Sequence record: SRR20825006_1678
Direction: 5' to 3' (one strand)
DNA length: 39,963 nucleotides
In this document: in pieces, positions 38,031 to 39,963 of the stretch
How the letters are laid out: the number at the start of each line of letters is the position of its first letter
Position numbering within the stretch: the first letter of the stretch is position 1
Position numbers and translations under genes: made by a program
The notes under the pieces: model-generated
The model's input: only the letters and a program-made list of their open reading frames with translations
Told to the model about the DNA's origin: nothing
The model's database searches: none

Positions 38031-38672
38031 ATGCATTTTATCTCTGAAGATCTTGACGATTATGCTGTAGCCCACTCTGAAAAAGAACCGGAGTTGTTAC
38101 GTAAGCTTACACGCGAAACCTACCAGAAAGTAGTTCAGCCCAGAATGCTAAGTGGTCATTATCAAGGGCGCATTTTAAGTATGATCGCAAAACTTGCCAA
38201 CCCTAAAGTCATTCTTGAAGTGGGCACCTATACAGGGTATTCTGCGCTTTGTTTAGCAGAAGGCTTACAAGCAGACGGTATTTTGCACACCATTGATGTC
38301 AATGAAGAACTGGTAGATCTTCAAAAAAAATACTTTGATGCTTCGGCGTATGCCAAAAATATAAAGCAACATTTAGGGCCGGCTCTTGAAATCATCCCAA
38401 AGATCGAAGAAGACTTTGACCTTATTTTTATGGATGCTGATAAGCCTAATTATCCGGCCTATTTTGATCTTATTATTGACCGCCTCAGACCCGGCGGACT
38501 CCTTCTATCTGATAACGTGTTATGGAGTGGTAAAGTGGTAGAACCGCTCAATCCAAAAGACACCTCAACAAAGGCGCTCTTAGAATACAACCGGCTACTT
38601 GCTGAAGATGATCGCCTGGAGACAGTTTTACTTACCATAAGAGATGGCCTAACCATCAGCCGTAAAAAATAA
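38031..38672 (+). CDS. O-methyltransferase (Methyltransf_3, CCoAOMT/YrrM-like)
   Basis: LEVGTYTGYS, FMDADK, DNVLWSG, RDGL; ATG 1 nt after the kmo stop. Confidence 0.92.
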   Translation: MHFISEDLDDYAVAHSEKEPELLRKLTRETYQKVVQPRMLSGHYQGRILSMIAKLANPKVILEVGTYTGYSALCLAEGLQADGILHTIDVNEELVDLQKKYFDASAYAKNIKQHLGPALEIIPKIEEDFDLIFMDADKPNYPAYFDLIIDRLRPGGLLLSDNVLWSGKVVEPLNPKDTSTKALLEYNRLLAEDDRLETVLLTIRDGLTISRKK

Positions 38673-38724
38673 AAGTAGCTCGTAGTGCCGCGGCATTTTA
38701 AAAGCTGCGCCTACTATAAGCTCT

Positions 38725-38761
38725 AAAACAAAAATCCCGACTCCATTTTGGAGTCGGGATT
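38725..38761 (-). terminator. Intrinsic terminator, U-tract on the minus strand
   Basis: AATCCCGACTCCA-ttt-TGGAGTCGGGATT preceded by AAAACAAA on the plus strand. Confidence 0.8.
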
Positions 38762-38957
38762 CCTAATTAACACTTAGAATAAATACAATCATTGAACTAA
38801 AATGCTATAAAGAATGAAGGCTGTTAAAGCATTTTAGGTTAAAACCACAGATTTGTAATTTCTTGTTTAAGATATTACTTAATTCTCATTTTAGAGGTGA
38901 AATTTATTATAAAGTAATAAAATTTAACAAGGCCGGTTTCAGGGTCATCTGTGCAAT

Positions 38958-38993
38958 AAAAAAGCCTTTGAACACTAGGATGCTCAAAGGCTT
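38958..38993 (-). terminator. Intrinsic terminator after tatA
   Basis: AAGCCTTTGA...TCAAAGGCTT with an A-run on the left. Confidence 0.8.
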
Positions 38994-39023
38994 AAAATTG
39001 TATTCTAAAATAGCTTTTCAGTA

Positions 39024-39302
39024 TTAGAATTTCCGTTTTACGGAACCTGTAATTTCTTCAATATTCTTCTTAGCGTCATCAATTTCCTTCTTCATATCCT
39101 TTGCGATATCTGTATTGATGCCTTGTTTATCTGCACTTTTAGTGATTTCAGATTTGATGTCTTCGGTAGCGTTCTTTAAGGTGCGCATACCTTTGCCTAA
39201 ACCTCTGGCAATATCTGGCACTTTATCAGCTCCAAAAACCATTATCACAATAAAAATCACAAAAGCAATCTCGCCTCCGCTAATAAAAAGTGGTATACTC
39301 AT
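39024..39302 (-). CDS. tatA: Sec-independent translocase TatA/TatB subunit
   Basis: GGEIAFV...VFGADKVPDIARGLGKG; TATATTTG -7 element at 39310-39317 (minus strand). Confidence 0.88.
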   Translation of the reverse strand: MSIPLFISGGEIAFVIFIVIMVFGADKVPDIARGLGKGMRTLKNATEDIKSEITKSADKQGINTDIAKDMKKEIDDAKKNIEEITGSVKRKF

Positions 39303-39321
39303 AACACTGCAAATATATAGG

Positions 39322-39356
39322 AAAAATAAAAGCCGATGTAAGAAACATCAGCTTTT
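39322..39356 (-). terminator. Intrinsic terminator after the M1 peptidase gene
   Basis: Minus strand AAAAGCTGATGT-ttctt-ACATCGGCTTTT then ATTTTT. Confidence 0.75.
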
Positions 39357-39383
39357 AATATACTAAATATGTCTTAAAGAGGC

Positions 39384-39962
39384 TTAGTCTTCTGCACCTT
39401 CTTTAAAGCTGTCAAACTCACTTTCTTGAGCCTGTTTTGGCCAGCTGTTGTTGCTTACATCAACATCAGCAGTCTCTAGATCCGGATCTAAAAGTACACC
39501 GGTAAGCTCTTTATCAGTAGCTAAAACTTTAGTTACCTCAGCGTCATTCATACGCCATACCTGTACCGGATAGGTAACTTTTTCTTTAGTACCATCTGCA
39601 TAGCTGTACTCCACAATAATAGGCATTGGGATACCGCCCGGCTTGTTGAATTTAATCGCGTAGAAATGCTTTGGCGCTTTTAGTTTTGCACGCTCAGCAG
39701 CACTAAAGTTGTCCATCAAGAATTCTTGTAGGTTTGGTGCATTTTCTAAACTTGATTTACTCTTCATCGCAGGATCATAATCTTCACCATCCTCCTCGAC
39801 TACATAAACAAGATCTCTACCTGCAGGATCAACACCGTAACGCTCCATTAAAGCTTTTCCTGCTTGGGTAGGTTTATCGGTCAAGTAATATGATTTTACT
39901 TCTTCTACGCCCATATCTACATTTTCTGTAGTATAGAACCAACCTCTCCAGTACCAATCTAA
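39384..39962 (-). CDS. M1 family metallopeptidase, C-terminal part (5'-truncated by the window)
   Basis: Frame open to the edge: LDWYWRGWFYTTENVD...GGIPMPIIVE...LDPDLETADVD..NNSWP, the tail typical of Bacteroidota M1 aminopeptidases; HEXXH lies outside the window. Confidence 0.75.
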   Translation of the reverse strand, partial: LDWYWRGWFYTTENVDMGVEEVKSYYLTDKPTQAGKALMERYGVDPAGRDLVYVVEEDGEDYDPAMKSKSSLENAPNLQEFLMDNFSAAERAKLKAPKHFYAIKFNKPGGIPMPIIVEYSYADGTKEKVTYPVQVWRMNDAEVTKVLATDKELTGVLLDPDLETADVDVSNNSWPKQAQESEFDSFKEGAED

Positions 39963-39963
39963 A

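Noticed and set aside
1-39963. CRISPR arrays, tRNA/rRNA, IS elements, prophage or anti-phage defence genes
   Set aside because: No spaced repeats, RNA-gene signatures, transposase/integrase motifs or defence domains were recognised by eye.

Overview
A mostly core-chromosome segment from a Flavobacteriaceae-like (Bacteroidota) genome, inferred from TAnnTTTG promoter elements, a PorG-like T9SS protein, a Cys-less C4 zinc-ribbon protein and a kynU-kmo pair. About 40 CDS; no rRNA, tRNA, CRISPR, integrase or transposase is visible. Recognisable genes include lipA, gap, lpxK, msrA, kynU, kmo, tatA, a TPR hybrid histidine kinase, an ABC-F protein, three MFS transporters, and a redox/light cluster (OYE, flavin reductase, DUF2256, DASH cryptochrome, FeS-BCP photolyase). 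Three small genes missing from the ORF track were read by hand. The best leads are: (1) an unannotated 22-codon leader peptide with mutually exclusive antiterminator/terminator hairpins and a palindromic operator upstream of an MFS transporter (8632-8818); (2) an AT-rich, oppositely oriented three-gene glycosylation islet (GT2 plus two GT-C-like proteins, 653-4089); (3) a terminator directly abutting the start of the photolyase operon; (4) an orphan terminator suggesting a small RNA near 38.75 kb. Family calls come from motif recognition only; no searches were run.
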